Shown here piece after piece: positions 40,054 through 49,069 of a stretch of DNA of 55,544 nt. Source of the stretch: Candidatus Yanofskybacteria bacterium (GTDB lineage: Bacteria > Patescibacteriota > Minisyncoccia > 2-02-FULL-40-12 > GWA2-44-9); the NCBI GenBank assembly GCA_023245235.1, contig JAHFKT010000003.1:1-55544 (forward strand), given 5' to 3'. A program made the position numbers and the translations under genes. Below the pieces are notes generated by a model. The model was not told where the DNA came from. It ran no database searches and saw only the letters and a program-made list of their open reading frames with translations. Positions within the stretch are counted from its first letter, which is position 1. Each line of letters starts with the position of its first letter.

Positions 40054-40455
40054 ATGTTGCTTAATTGGTTCAAAAAAAATTCTGTTCTCGCCGCTCGGAT
40101 CGCCCTCTTTATTATTTACTTCTGGTTCGGCTTTTTGAAGGTGATCGGCTTCAGTCCGGCCGGTCCGCTTGTAGGGGCATTATTTGACCGCACTATTTCA
40201 TTTGTCCCGTTTCAGATGTTTTACATCAGTTTTGCCATATTTGAGTGCCTCATCGGTATTCTGTTCTTATTTCCTAAATTAACCAGAGTTGCCCTCGTAT
40301 TATTTTTCCTTCATATGATCACCGCATTCCTGCCCCTGATTTGTTTACCGGACATGATCTGGCAAACAATACTCATACCAACGCTCGAGGGCCAATACAT
40401 TATCAAGAATATTGCCCTCATCGCACTTGCAATGGAAATCGGGGGGTCGATATAA
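40054..40455 (+). CDS. DoxX/YkgB-like membrane protein
   Basis: RIALFIIYFWFGFLK, E..IG, PTLEGQYIIKN. Confidence 0.8.
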   Translation: MLLNWFKKNSVLAARIALFIIYFWFGFLKVIGFSPAGPLVGALFDRTISFVPFQMFYISFAIFECLIGILFLFPKLTRVALVLFFLHMITAFLPLICLPDMIWQTILIPTLEGQYIIKNIALIALAMEIGGSI

Positions 40456-40463
40456 TCTCGTCC

Positions 40464-40553
40464 GGAGAGATGGCTGAGTGGTTGAAAGCAGCGGTTTACT
40501 AAACCGCCAAGCTCGCAAGAGCTTCGTGGGTTCGAATCCCACTCTCTCCGCCA
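40464..40553 (+). tRNA. tRNA-Ser with ACT anticodon, CCA encoded
   Basis: GGAGAGA/TCTCTCC acceptor, G73, GCGGT-TTACTAA-ACCGC, variable arm AAGCTC-GCAA-GAGCTT. Confidence 0.88.
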
Positions 40554-40555
40554 AT

Positions 40556-40846
40556 ATGAACTCACTGCTGAAAAAACCCAGCGCCTGGTTTCCAATAGCG
40601 GTTTCACTTGCCATTCTGGCGGTAATGCTCATCGGCATTGCAATGTCCGGTGTCCCCGCCCATCAGGCCGATGAAGGAACGGGCGCACATATCTTTCAGA
40701 TCTGGTTGGTTTTGGAAATACTGATGATGGCATTCTTCGCGATCAGGTGGGTGCCGCAGGCACCAAAGCAGGCGCTTACGGTTCTGACGATTCAAATTGT
40801 TGCCGTGCTTGCGGCATGCGCCCCCGTTTTCTTTCTCAAGCTTTAG
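40556..40846 (+). CDS. Small 3-TM membrane protein
   Basis: ATG 2 nt after tRNA CCA; hydrophobic helices and DEGTGAHIFQ motif. Confidence 0.7.
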   Translation: MNSLLKKPSAWFPIAVSLAILAVMLIGIAMSGVPAHQADEGTGAHIFQIWLVLEILMMAFFAIRWVPQAPKQALTVLTIQIVAVLAACAPVFFLKL

Positions 40847-40936
40847 CATCACCACCGATAAGCATCAAAAAAGTCACCCGGCGGGGGCTTTTTTCTTTGA
40901 CCTAGGCCCCCCTTCGTGGTAAAATGATAAGCACAA

Positions 40937-42466
40937 ATGGCCAACAATAGTCCACAACAAGGCGTAGGAATCCGACCCCCGATCGTTGTCGTTCTCGGGC
41001 ATGTTGACCATGGCAAGACATCGCTGCTGGATGTTATCCGGAAGTCGAATGTTGCGGGCGGGGAATCGGGCGGCATCACCCAGCACATCGGCGCCTATCA
41101 GGTGGTCAGTAATGGCAAGATGATCACCTTTCTTGATACGCCCGGCCACGAAGCATTTTCGGCTATCCGTTCCCGGGGCGCCAAGGTAGCCGATGTGGCC
41201 ATCCTCGTTGTTGCGGCCGATGAAAGCGTCAAGCCCCAGACCGCCGAGGCGATCAAGATAATTAAAGAAGCCGGCATCCCATTTGTCGTCGCGCTCAACA
41301 AGATCGATAAACCCGGAGCAAATGTCCAGAAGGTAAAGCAGGACCTCGCCGGCAATGACGTGCTGGTCGAGGATTGGGGCGGTACGGTGCCGGTTATTGA
41401 AGTATCCGCCAAAGAAAAACGCAATATTCCCGAACTTCTGGACATGGTCCTTCTTGTAGCAGAGTTGGAAGACCTTAAAGAAGACCTCTCGTTGCCCGCC
41501 GAAGGTATCATCATTGAATCGAATCTGGATAAACAACGGGGTTACGTGGCGACAGCGTTGGTCCAGAAGGGCATTCTGTCCGTCGGTGACTGGATTATCG
41601 CCGGTACGACCGTCGGAAAGGTAAAGTCCATGGAGGATTTCACCGGCACGGCGCTGACAGCGGCCCGTCCTTCTCAGCCGGTTCTCATAACGGGATGGAC
41701 GAACGGACCGGAGATCGGCCGGGAATTCAGGACCGCCCACTCAAAAGATGAGGCCCAGAACATTGCTAACGAGAACGTAGACCTTACTCCCCTCTTCTCG
41801 TTCTTGAGGACGAGCCAGACGGAGCTCGATCCCAATAAAAAATATCTCAAGCTTATCATCAAGACTGATGTGTCGAGCTCGCTTGAAGCGATTGACGTTG
41901 CCCTGAAGCAGATCAAGTCGGACGAGGTTGGTTATACGGTCATCAGTTATGACATCGGAGCCGTTTCCGAAGCCGATGTGAAGACGGCTATTGCCGGTGG
42001 CGGACATGTTATCGGGTTCCGCGTTCCGGTGGAGACATCGGCCCGAAAGCTGGCCGAGAAAGAACACGTCGGCCTGGCGACATTTGACGTCATTTACGAA
42101 CTGATCGAATACATCAGAAAAGAAATGGGCAGCCTGTTGTCGCTGGAGGTCCGGAACATTCCTCTCGGCAAGATCAAGGTATTGGCCACATTCAAGAAAG
42201 ACGCGAGGGCTCAGGTTGTAGGCGGGCGCGTCACTTCGGGCAAGGTCGTTCGCGGTGCTTTTTGTGATGTCACCCGCGACGGCAAGTCCGTCATGATCGC
42301 AAAGATCGGACAGGTTCAGCAGAGTAAAGAAGATGTGCCTGAAGTGAATGAGGGATTTGAAACCGGTGTCCGGGTGGATATACTTGATCCCAAGACCGCC
42401 GTAGATATAAAAGTCGGTGATATACTGGAGATATATCAGGAAGAACGGATTTCAAGGAGCTTGTAA
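40937..42466 (+). CDS. infB: Translation initiation factor IF-2 (short form)
   Basis: [38 protein letters not shown]. Confidence 0.97.
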   Translation: MANNSPQQGVGIRPPIVVVLGHVDHGKTSLLDVIRKSNVAGGESGGITQHIGAYQVVSNGKMITFLDTPGHEAFSAIRSRGAKVADVAILVVAADESVKPQTAEAIKIIKEAGIPFVVALNKIDKPGANVQKVKQDLAGNDVLVEDWGGTVPVIEVSAKEKRNIPELLDMVLLVAELEDLKEDLSLPAEGIIIESNLDKQRGYVATALVQKGILSVGDWIIAGTTVGKVKSMEDFTGTALTAARPSQPVLITGWTNGPEIGREFRTAHSKDEAQNIANENVDLTPLFSFLRTSQTELDPNKKYLKLIIKTDVSSSLEAIDVALKQIKSDEVGYTVISYDIGAVSEADVKTAIAGGGHVIGFRVPVETSARKLAEKEHVGLATFDVIYELIEYIRKEMGSLLSLEVRNIPLGKIKVLATFKKDARAQVVGGRVTSGKVVRGAFCDVTRDGKSVMIAKIGQVQQSKEDVPEVNEGFETGVRVDILDPKTAVDIKVGDILEIYQEERISRSL

Positions 42467-42532
42467 GGGTCGGCTTCGAGTTCGTCCGGAAATCGTCGGA
42501 CAAACCTTTTTGAAAGGTTTGTCCCAAAGAAG

Positions 42533-42607
42533 GGCCAGGTAGCCAAGTGGTAAGGCGGAGGTCTGCAAAACCTCTATTCAGGGGTTCGATTCCCCTCCTG
42601 GCCTCCA
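42533..42607 (+). tRNA. tRNA-Cys(GCA), CCA encoded
   Basis: GGCCAGG/CCTGGCC, U73, GAGGT-CTGCAAA-ACCTC. Confidence 0.95.
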
Positions 42608-42627
42608 GTTCACGGCAAGCAAATTTT

Positions 42628-43635
42628 ATGAACTATAAAAGAGTTCTTGTTACCGGCGGCTGCGGATTCATCGGCAGCCATTTCATAAAGTATCTCCTGA
42701 AGAAATATAAGAATATCAGCGTTGTTAACGTCGATATTCTTAACTATGCCGCCAATCCGGAGAATGTGCGTGAAGCGGCAAGGGACAAGAGGTATCGCTT
42801 TTATAAAGCCGACATATCCGATTACGGGACGATGGCGGCTATCATGAAAAAGCACCGGATCTAAGCCGTAGTTAATTTTGCCGCGGAGTCCAATAATAAT
42901 AAAGCGGTCGTCTCGCCGCTCGATTTTGCCAGGACCAATGCTTTGGGGGTAGCCGTTCTCCTTGAGGCGGCCCGGCAGAACAAGGTAGAACGTTTCCACC
43001 ACATCTCAACATGCGAGGTCTACGGCCAGTTGCCGCTGCGCAGCAGGGCGGCATTCAAGGAGACCTCTCCCCTGCGGCCCAGGACGCCGTACAATGCTTC
43101 AAAAGCAGCCGCGGAACATATCGTTCACGGCTACTACCACACATTCGGGATGCCGGTGACCATCAGCAACTGCGGCAATAATTACGGCAGTCATCAATTC
43201 CCCGAGAACATCATTCCGGTATTTACGATCAAAGCACTTCTCAATCAGCCCTTGCCGCTGTTTGCATCGAAACATAATAAGCGGGAATGGATCCATGTTT
43301 CGGATCACTGCCGGGCCATCGACGCCATTTTAACCCGGGGCAGGATCGGAGAGTCTTACAATGTCGGCAGCGGTCTTGAGCGCAGCGTTGTCCAGATAGC
43401 CGACAGCATCCTCGATATATTGAATAAACCGCACAGTTTAAAGAAAATAGTTCCTGACCGGGCCGGCCATGATACCCGGTATCTCTTGGACTCGAGCAAG
43501 ATAAAAAAGGAGCTCGGCTGGAAGCCGAAAACGGACTGGGACCGGGGACTTAAAGAGACGGTCCTGTGGTATGCCGATAATCCCGGGTGGTGGAAGCCCT
43601 TGTTGAAAAAATCCCACGCATGGCATAGAACATAA
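42628..43635 (+). pseudogene. rfbB: dTDP-glucose 4,6-dehydratase interrupted by one in-frame TAA (42862-42864)
   Basis: TGGCGFIGSHF...HRI*AVVNFAAES...PYNASKAA...NNYG..QFPE...REWIHV.DH all in one frame. Confidence 0.75.
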
Positions 43636-43637
43636 GC

Positions 43638-44342
43638 ATGAAAGGAATCATTCTGGCCGGCGGTACCGGCAGCCGTCTGCGCCCGCTTACCCAAATAACT
43701 AATAAGCACCTCATCCCGGTCTATGACCGGCCGATGATCTCGTATCCCCTCCAGACCCTGATCAAGGGCGGCATTACCGAGATCCTTATCGTCTCGGGCC
43801 GTGAGCATGCCGGCCATTTCATAGAGTTCCTTGGTTCGGGCAAGGATCATGGCGTAAAGCTGACCTATAGGGTCCAGGATGAAGCCGGCGGTATTGCCCA
43901 GGCATTACTGTTGGCCGAAGACTTTGCGGACAGGAGACCGGTCACGGTGATCCTGGGGGACAATATCTTTGAAGACAACTTCAAGCGGGCCGTCAGTTCG
44001 TTTCGAAAGGGCGCCCGCGTATTCTTGAAAAAGGTTCCGGACCCTCAACGGTTCGGCGTGCCCGAACTCAAGGGCAGGACAATCACAAAGATCATAGAAA
44101 AACCGGACAAGCCGCCGACCCAATACGCGGTGACCGGTCTGTATCAGTACGACGCCGAGGTGTTCAGGATCATCAGAAAACTGAAACCTTCAGCCCGCGG
44201 TGAGCTTGAAATAACCGACGTCAATAACGCGTATGTCCGGCGCGGTAAGCTCCAGGCGGAATTCGTGCGTGGATTCTGGTCTGATGCGGGCACGTTCGAT
44301 TCTCTGGCCCGGACCACTCAATGGGCTATCAAGCGTAAGTAA
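43638..44342 (+). CDS. rfbA: Glucose-1-phosphate thymidylyltransferase (short RmlA/SpsI type)
   Basis: GIILAGGTGSRL.PLT...NKHL, LGDNIF, SARGELEITD, WSDAGT. Confidence 0.9.
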   Translation: MKGIILAGGTGSRLRPLTQITNKHLIPVYDRPMISYPLQTLIKGGITEILIVSGREHAGHFIEFLGSGKDHGVKLTYRVQDEAGGIAQALLLAEDFADRRPVTVILGDNIFEDNFKRAVSSFRKGARVFLKKVPDPQRFGVPELKGRTITKIIEKPDKPPTQYAVTGLYQYDAEVFRIIRKLKPSARGELEITDVNNAYVRRGKLQAEFVRGFWSDAGTFDSLARTTQWAIKRK

Positions 44343-44348
44343 AATCTC

Positions 44349-44377
44349 TTGAGAAAAGCCTCTCATTAAGCTATAAT
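44349..44377 (+). promoter_or_regulatory. Sigma70 promoter of tRNA-Leu/tRNA-Arg pair
   Basis: TTGAGA-17 nt-TATAAT ending 11 nt before tRNA-Leu. Confidence 0.75.
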
Positions 44378-44388
44378 CGAGCAATAAA

Positions 44389-44472
44389 GCCCGGGTGGTG
44401 GAATGGTATACACGCACGACTTAAAATCGTGTGCCGCAAGGCATGTGGGTCCGAGTCCCACCCCGGGCACCA
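44389..44472 (+). tRNA. tRNA-Leu(TAA), CCA encoded
   Basis: GCCCGGG acceptor, CACGA-CTTAAAA-TCGTG, variable arm TGCC-GCAA-GGCA. Confidence 0.92.
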
Positions 44473-44482
44473 GTGATAATTT

Positions 44483-44557
44483 GCCCTCATCGTTCAACGG
44501 ATAGGACATAGCCCTCCGAAGGCTGAAATGCAGGTTCGATTCCTGCTGAGGGCACCA
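44483..44557 (+). tRNA. tRNA-Arg(CCG), CCA encoded
   Basis: GCCCTCA/TGAGGGC, TAGCC-CTCCGAA-GGCTG. Confidence 0.94.
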
Positions 44558-44598
44558 GAAATTAAAGCACCGACCCTTGGTCGGTGCTTTAATTTCTG
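44556..44598. terminator. Perfect 20-bp inverted repeat, likely bidirectional terminator
   Basis: CAGAAATTAAAGCACCGACC-CTT-GGTCGGTGCTTTAATTTCTG. Confidence 0.8.
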
Positions 44599-44620
44599 AC
44601 TCTTGGGAATCGAACCCGAT

Positions 44621-45019
44621 TTATACCTTTCCCGCGAGGCGTTCTTTTATTTTCTCCACTACGCCGCTTAAATTCCAATCGGACTTCACCAAATAATATG
44701 CAGGCTCGTTTTTTATAACAGCCTTCATGACCTCATCCTCGCTTGCGGACAAGTTGGTCAGAAGTATTATCGGGACATTTTTTCCGTACAGATCTTTTTG
44801 ACGCAACTGGTCCATCATCGTCAATCCATCCATCACCGGCATCAGAATATCGAGCAAAATGAGATCCGGTTTCTCACGAAGCGCAAGCTCCAGGCCGATC
44901 TGGCCGTTTTTTGCCGTAAGGACCGCAAAGCCCTCGTCCCGTAATTCATCCGCGTATGCTTTACAAATTACTTCTTCGTCCTCAACGATCAAAATTTTTA
45001 TCTTTTTATCTTCGGCCAT
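44621..45019 (-). CDS. Single-domain response regulator (receiver only)
   Basis: ILIVEDE, PDLILLDILMPVMDG, IILLTN, YLVK. Confidence 0.92.
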   Translation of the reverse strand: MAEDKKIKILIVEDEEVICKAYADELRDEGFAVLTAKNGQIGLELALREKPDLILLDILMPVMDGLTMMDQLRQKDLYGKNVPIILLTNLSASEDEVMKAVIKNEPAYYLVKSDWNLSGVVEKIKERLAGKV

Positions 45020-45024
45020 AGTGC

Positions 45025-46704
45025 TTATATCATAGCATGTTCTTTTGCCTTCATTCCAGTCATCGGAATGGCTACGTAGAATGTACTTCCTTTATTTACC
45101 TCCGAAGTGAACCATATTGAGCCCCCGGAATTATCAAGTATAGATTTAACAATGTAAAGGCCGAGGCCAGTACCGTCCGAGTGCTTCTCCCTCGCGTTGT
45201 CTGCTCTGAAGAATTTGGTAAACAGCCTATCCTGCTGCTGTTTCGGGATTCCGCAGCCCGTGTCGGAGATAATAACTACAAAGGAACTATCTTCCAGGAA
45301 TTTCTCACCGAGAGCTTCTTTTTTATCCACCTTCCGGCATTCAACACGTATCGTGCCGCCATCGTCAGTGTAGTTCATCGCATTCATAACCAGATTACTT
45401 ATGACCATACGGAACAGCGGTTCATCTATCGACACCACGGTATTCCCTTCAGGGTATACTTCTTCAAGCTTCAACCGCTTTTTGTCAAAGGCGGATTGCA
45501 GCTCATAAAGAACACCATGCACAACAGTGCAGATATTTTTTTCACCGGACTGAACAATAAATGCCCCCATTTCAATGCGCGATACATCCAATAGAGCACT
45601 TACAAGCTCTATGGAGCGTTGATTTTCAGAGCGTATATCATTCAGGTATTCTTTTTGCTTTTCCGTCAGTTCGCCGGTTTTACCGGAGAGCATTCTTTCC
45701 GTGAGCAGCTTAATGGCGGTCGGCGGGGTTTTGAGCTGATGTGAAGCAAGTGACACGAACTCACTTTTTGCTTTATCGATCTCTTTTTCGTGGGTGATGT
45801 CGCGAATGACCGTCATGGCGCCGATTATCTTTCCATCAAGAATAACCGGAGTTACCGTCATCGCCACGGGAAACTTTGTTTTATCTTGCCGCACATAATA
45901 GTAGGCCGGCTCCGCAGTAGTATGGGCCGTAGTCGTAGTAGTAGTGCCGCTCGTCAAAGCCATGCTTTCAGGGCGTTTTTCCAGCGGGACAGTTTCCCCC
46001 TTCTCGTTCTCTATAAGAATGACGTCAAAAAAATTTTTCCCCACAACTTCCTTACTTTTCTGGCCAAGCAGCTTCTCGGCCGTTTTGTTCATAAGCGTAA
46101 TGTGCCCCCCTTCATCAGTGGCAAAGATCCCGTCACCAACTGAAAGCAAAATCGCCTCCTCTTTTACTCTGGCCAGCCCCACTTTTGCTTTTTCAACATT
46201 GAAGTCCTCAAGGACATTCCGGGCAGCCCTCAGAGCATCTTTCAGGTCCTTCTCCGCTCGTTTTTGGTCGGTAATATTGTGAAATACGGCCACAAAGAAC
46301 TTCTTTCTCGGACTATAGACCGAAACCAAAAACCATCTTAAGAGCGGCTCGACGTACGTTTCAAAAGTTTCCGGATTGCCGGTCAAAGAAACCCTGCCGT
46401 AGATCTCAAGCAATTCCGGATTAGACGTGCTGACCCCCGGTATAACTTCAGTAACCTGCTTTCCTATGACATTTTTTAATCCCGTCAACGATTCGAAGTT
46501 ATTGCTGACCTCTATATAAATAAAATCGACCGGCTTTCCTTGCGCGTCAAAAATCATCTGGCAGTAAGCCAGCCCATCAAGCATGTTATTGAAAAGTGAC
46601 TCGTAAAAGGTGTTGCGGGTCCTAAGAGGTGGGAGCTTCATTTTTATCGGCCGTTTTTGGACTAATTTCTTTAAGTTCGCGAGCTCTTTTTTGAGTTCTG
46701 CCAT
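45025..46704 (-). CDS. Cytoplasmic PAS-PAS sensor histidine kinase
   Basis: Two PAS-like segments, ASHQLKTP H-box, DTGCGIP, GTGLGL; start placed at MAELKK. Confidence 0.9.
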   Translation of the reverse strand: MAELKKELANLKKLVQKRPIKMKLPPLRTRNTFYESLFNNMLDGLAYCQMIFDAQGKPVDFIYIEVSNNFESLTGLKNVIGKQVTEVIPGVSTSNPELLEIYGRVSLTGNPETFETYVEPLLRWFLVSVYSPRKKFFVAVFHNITDQKRAEKDLKDALRAARNVLEDFNVEKAKVGLARVKEEAILLSVGDGIFATDEGGHITLMNKTAEKLLGQKSKEVVGKNFFDVILIENEKGETVPLEKRPESMALTSGTTTTTTAHTTAEPAYYYVRQDKTKFPVAMTVTPVILDGKIIGAMTVIRDITHEKEIDKAKSEFVSLASHQLKTPPTAIKLLTERMLSGKTGELTEKQKEYLNDIRSENQRSIELVSALLDVSRIEMGAFIVQSGEKNICTVVHGVLYELQSAFDKKRLKLEEVYPEGNTVVSIDEPLFRMVISNLVMNAMNYTDDGGTIRVECRKVDKKEALGEKFLEDSSFVVIISDTGCGIPKQQQDRLFTKFFRADNAREKHSDGTGLGLYIVKSILDNSGGSIWFTSEVNKGSTFYVAIPMTGMKAKEHAMI

Positions 46705-46839
46705 GGATTCATTATAAAATATCATATCATAATACTCTATGCCGCGCGTCCACCCGATATCACCGCATTGAAAAACCGCCGGAAACGGTTTTTCAATCTC
46801 ATCGCAAAGTGGTATAACAAGCCCAACTGTAATCGCACT

Positions 46840-47613
46840 TTGAAAACACTTCTCCTGGCCTTGGCATTGGGCTCGCAGCTTGGTGCGGTCCCGCTCTCCG
46901 TATCGCAGGGCGGCCTGGTCGTTTTGCAGCGGAACGGCAATGAAGAGTCCGTCCGGGTATTCGATCGGACCTACTACTTCGATAATCATGGCCGGGCCTA
47001 TATCGGCATTGATGTCGGGCAAGAGCCTGGAAGTTATCTGGTCGACGGCTATCAGATCGATGTAATGGCCGGGGAATTTCCTATCGAACGCTGGCGGATG
47101 CATCCATACGCGCCGCCTTCGAAGAAGCGCCAGGTCGAGATTGCGCTGTTCCGACAGACATTCCAGTCACCGGTGAATCTTCGGACGGATCTTATGCATG
47201 GCAGCCCCTTCGTTTCGCCACTCGCTGTCCCTATCGGCCTGCTGCAGTTGACGGAGCAGTTCGCTCCGATCCACAGAGGTATCGATATACAGACGAAAGA
47301 ATTCCGTCTTGACCGGGGTCTTCGACCGGTTCGGGCCGTCAATAATGGCGTTGTCGCATTGAAGGGAAGGTTCAGCCTTGAGGGCAATATGGTCATCGTT
47401 GATCATGGCATGGGCATTTTCTCTGTTTACATGCACCTTTCGAAGATACTCGTTGTCCAAGGTCAAACAATCAGCGCCAATCAGCAGATAGGTATTGCCG
47501 GCGCGACCGGCCGGGTAACCGGACCGCACTTGCATTTCGCGATGAACATCCAGGATGTTTACGTTGATCCGGTCAATTTCATCAAAGAAGCCAACAGGTA
47601 TTCGGGCTGGTAA
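46840..47613 (+). CDS. M23 family metallopeptidase
   Basis: Signal peptide from TTG 46840; HRGIDI, GNMVIVDHG, YMHL, TGPHLHF. Confidence 0.88.
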   Translation: MKTLLLALALGSQLGAVPLSVSQGGLVVLQRNGNEESVRVFDRTYYFDNHGRAYIGIDVGQEPGSYLVDGYQIDVMAGEFPIERWRMHPYAPPSKKRQVEIALFRQTFQSPVNLRTDLMHGSPFVSPLAVPIGLLQLTEQFAPIHRGIDIQTKEFRLDRGLRPVRAVNNGVVALKGRFSLEGNMVIVDHGMGIFSVYMHLSKILVVQGQTISANQQIGIAGATGRVTGPHLHFAMNIQDVYVDPVNFIKEANRYSGW

Positions 47614-47656
47614 TCCAGCCCTTTTTTTGTATCATTGATGACGCCATAAGAAGGCC

Positions 47657-48040
47657 TTGAAACAAGTTACTCACGTTATCAGGCGATACCAGTGCGAGGT
47701 TTGCCGTACTGAATATACCCGCGCCGAGCAGGCCAAGAGATGCGAAGAAGGCGGTGTCGAACCGGTTCTTTTCAAAAAAGGCGCCCGCGTCAAAATCAAA
47801 ACCATGATGTTTTGCGGCCACAGCATTGGAACCTTCAACAAAAAGAAGCTGGGGATCGTCGGTCATATCACAGCTGTTAGCCGGCTCATCCCCGCTGATG
47901 ACGATTCTATAAATAAAAGACTTTCGGGATCCAATTCAACCTGGTACGGTCACAGGAGATACTATACCGTCTCATTCCCATGCCCGTGCAAAAAGTTCAG
48001 ACAGGCACAGTTTCTTGGGCCGGAGATAAAAAGAGCCTAA
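47657..48040 (+). CDS. Hypothetical basic protein with possible Zn-binding Cys motifs
   Basis: YQCEVC...A.RCE, CGH, CPC; fills gap and is followed by a hairpin. Confidence 0.5.
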   Translation: MKQVTHVIRRYQCEVCRTEYTRAEQAKRCEEGGVEPVLFKKGARVKIKTMMFCGHSIGTFNKKKLGIVGHITAVSRLIPADDDSINKRLSGSNSTWYGHRRYYTVSFPCPCKKFRQAQFLGPEIKRA

Positions 48041-48044
48041 CCCG

Positions 48045-48065
48045 CCGCGCAGATGCGCGGTTTTT
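48045..48065 (+). terminator. Intrinsic terminator
   Basis: CCGCGCA-GA-TGCGCGG-TTTTT. Confidence 0.55.
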
Positions 48066-48975
48066 ACTTTTTATCGTGGAACTTTTTATGTACTTCCCGG
48101 AGCTGGGTGTCGGTGACGTGCGTGTATATCTGAGTGGTGGTGACCGATGAATGGCCGAGCATGGCCTGGACCGAACGGATATCGGCGCCGTTACGCAAGA
48201 GGTCGGTGGCGTAGCTGTGGCGCAAGGTATGCGGGCTCACCTGCTTGCCCATAATGCCGGCCTTAACGGCGTACTTTCTGACCATTCTCTGGACCGAGCG
48301 CGGCGTCAGGCGGAGGTCTGATTCTTTGGAAAAGTTCTTGTTCTTGGGAATTCTGATAAAGAGAGCCTCATCAACATCGCTTCGCTGGGCAAGATATCGC
48401 GCGATATGCTCCCTGGCGTCATCAGAGAGAAATACCAACCGGATCTTTCGTCCCTTTCCCAATACCGAAAGCTCTCCACGCTTCAGGTCAATCTTATTAC
48501 GGTCCATTGAACAGAGCTCTGATACGCGCATTCCGGTCGAGAAGAGCATCTGGAGCATCGCCCGGTCCCGCAGAGCGTCCAGCCCGGTGCCTTCGGGCGC
48601 TTCCAGGAGCCGGTCCAATTCATTTCGCTCCAGGAACGTCACGTGCCGGTCCTCTTGTTTTCCAAGCTCGACCTTTTCGGCCGAGACCGTTCGTACTCCC
48701 CTCTTGGCGAGGTACTTCAGGAAACTCCGGAGGGCGATAATATGATAATTCTGCGTAACTTTTTTCAAGGACTGGCCATCCGTGTCCGTGAGCCGGTTCA
48801 AATATAAGCGGTACTGCCGGATGCGTTCTTCATCCAAGTCTTCGGCTTTGGCGACTTTGGCAAATCCAAGAAACCGGTCGAGATAGCGGCCATAGTTCTC
48901 GAGGGTCTTTGGCGAACGGTTCTTCTCGATCTCCAGGTGTTCGAGGTACTGGATTTTGAGCGTTTTTAAGTCCAT
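48064..48975 (-). CDS. XerC/XerD-type tyrosine recombinase
   Basis: TGMRVSEL, GKGRK.R, SPHTLRHSYATDLL, LGHSSVTTTQIYTH. Confidence 0.93.
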   Translation of the reverse strand: MDLKTLKIQYLEHLEIEKNRSPKTLENYGRYLDRFLGFAKVAKAEDLDEERIRQYRLYLNRLTDTDGQSLKKVTQNYHIIALRSFLKYLAKRGVRTVSAEKVELGKQEDRHVTFLERNELDRLLEAPEGTGLDALRDRAMLQMLFSTGMRVSELCSMDRNKIDLKRGELSVLGKGRKIRLVFLSDDAREHIARYLAQRSDVDEALFIRIPKNKNFSKESDLRLTPRSVQRMVRKYAVKAGIMGKQVSPHTLRHSYATDLLRNGADIRSVQAMLGHSSVTTTQIYTHVTDTQLREVHKKFHDKK

Positions 48976-49069
48976 TAACCATATTATATCCCAAGCGTCG
49001 CAAAATGTAATTCACTATTGCCAAGCAGGTTGCTTTTTGAGATAGTCCTGCCGAGTTCATTAATGACAA

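Noticed and set aside
46705..47103. 133-aa N-terminal extension of the histidine kinase
   Set aside because: Overlaps the divergent M23 gene; a -10 box sits 6 nt before the ATG at 46704
44483..48975. Integrative element bounded by tRNA-Arg and the tyrosine recombinase
   Set aside because: The recombinase looks like housekeeping Xer and no direct repeat of the tRNA 3' end was found near it
48995..49022. dif-like sequence upstream of xer (GTCGCAAAATGTAAT...)
   Set aside because: No XerD-arm match (TTATGTTAAAT) and location is near oriC rather than the terminus
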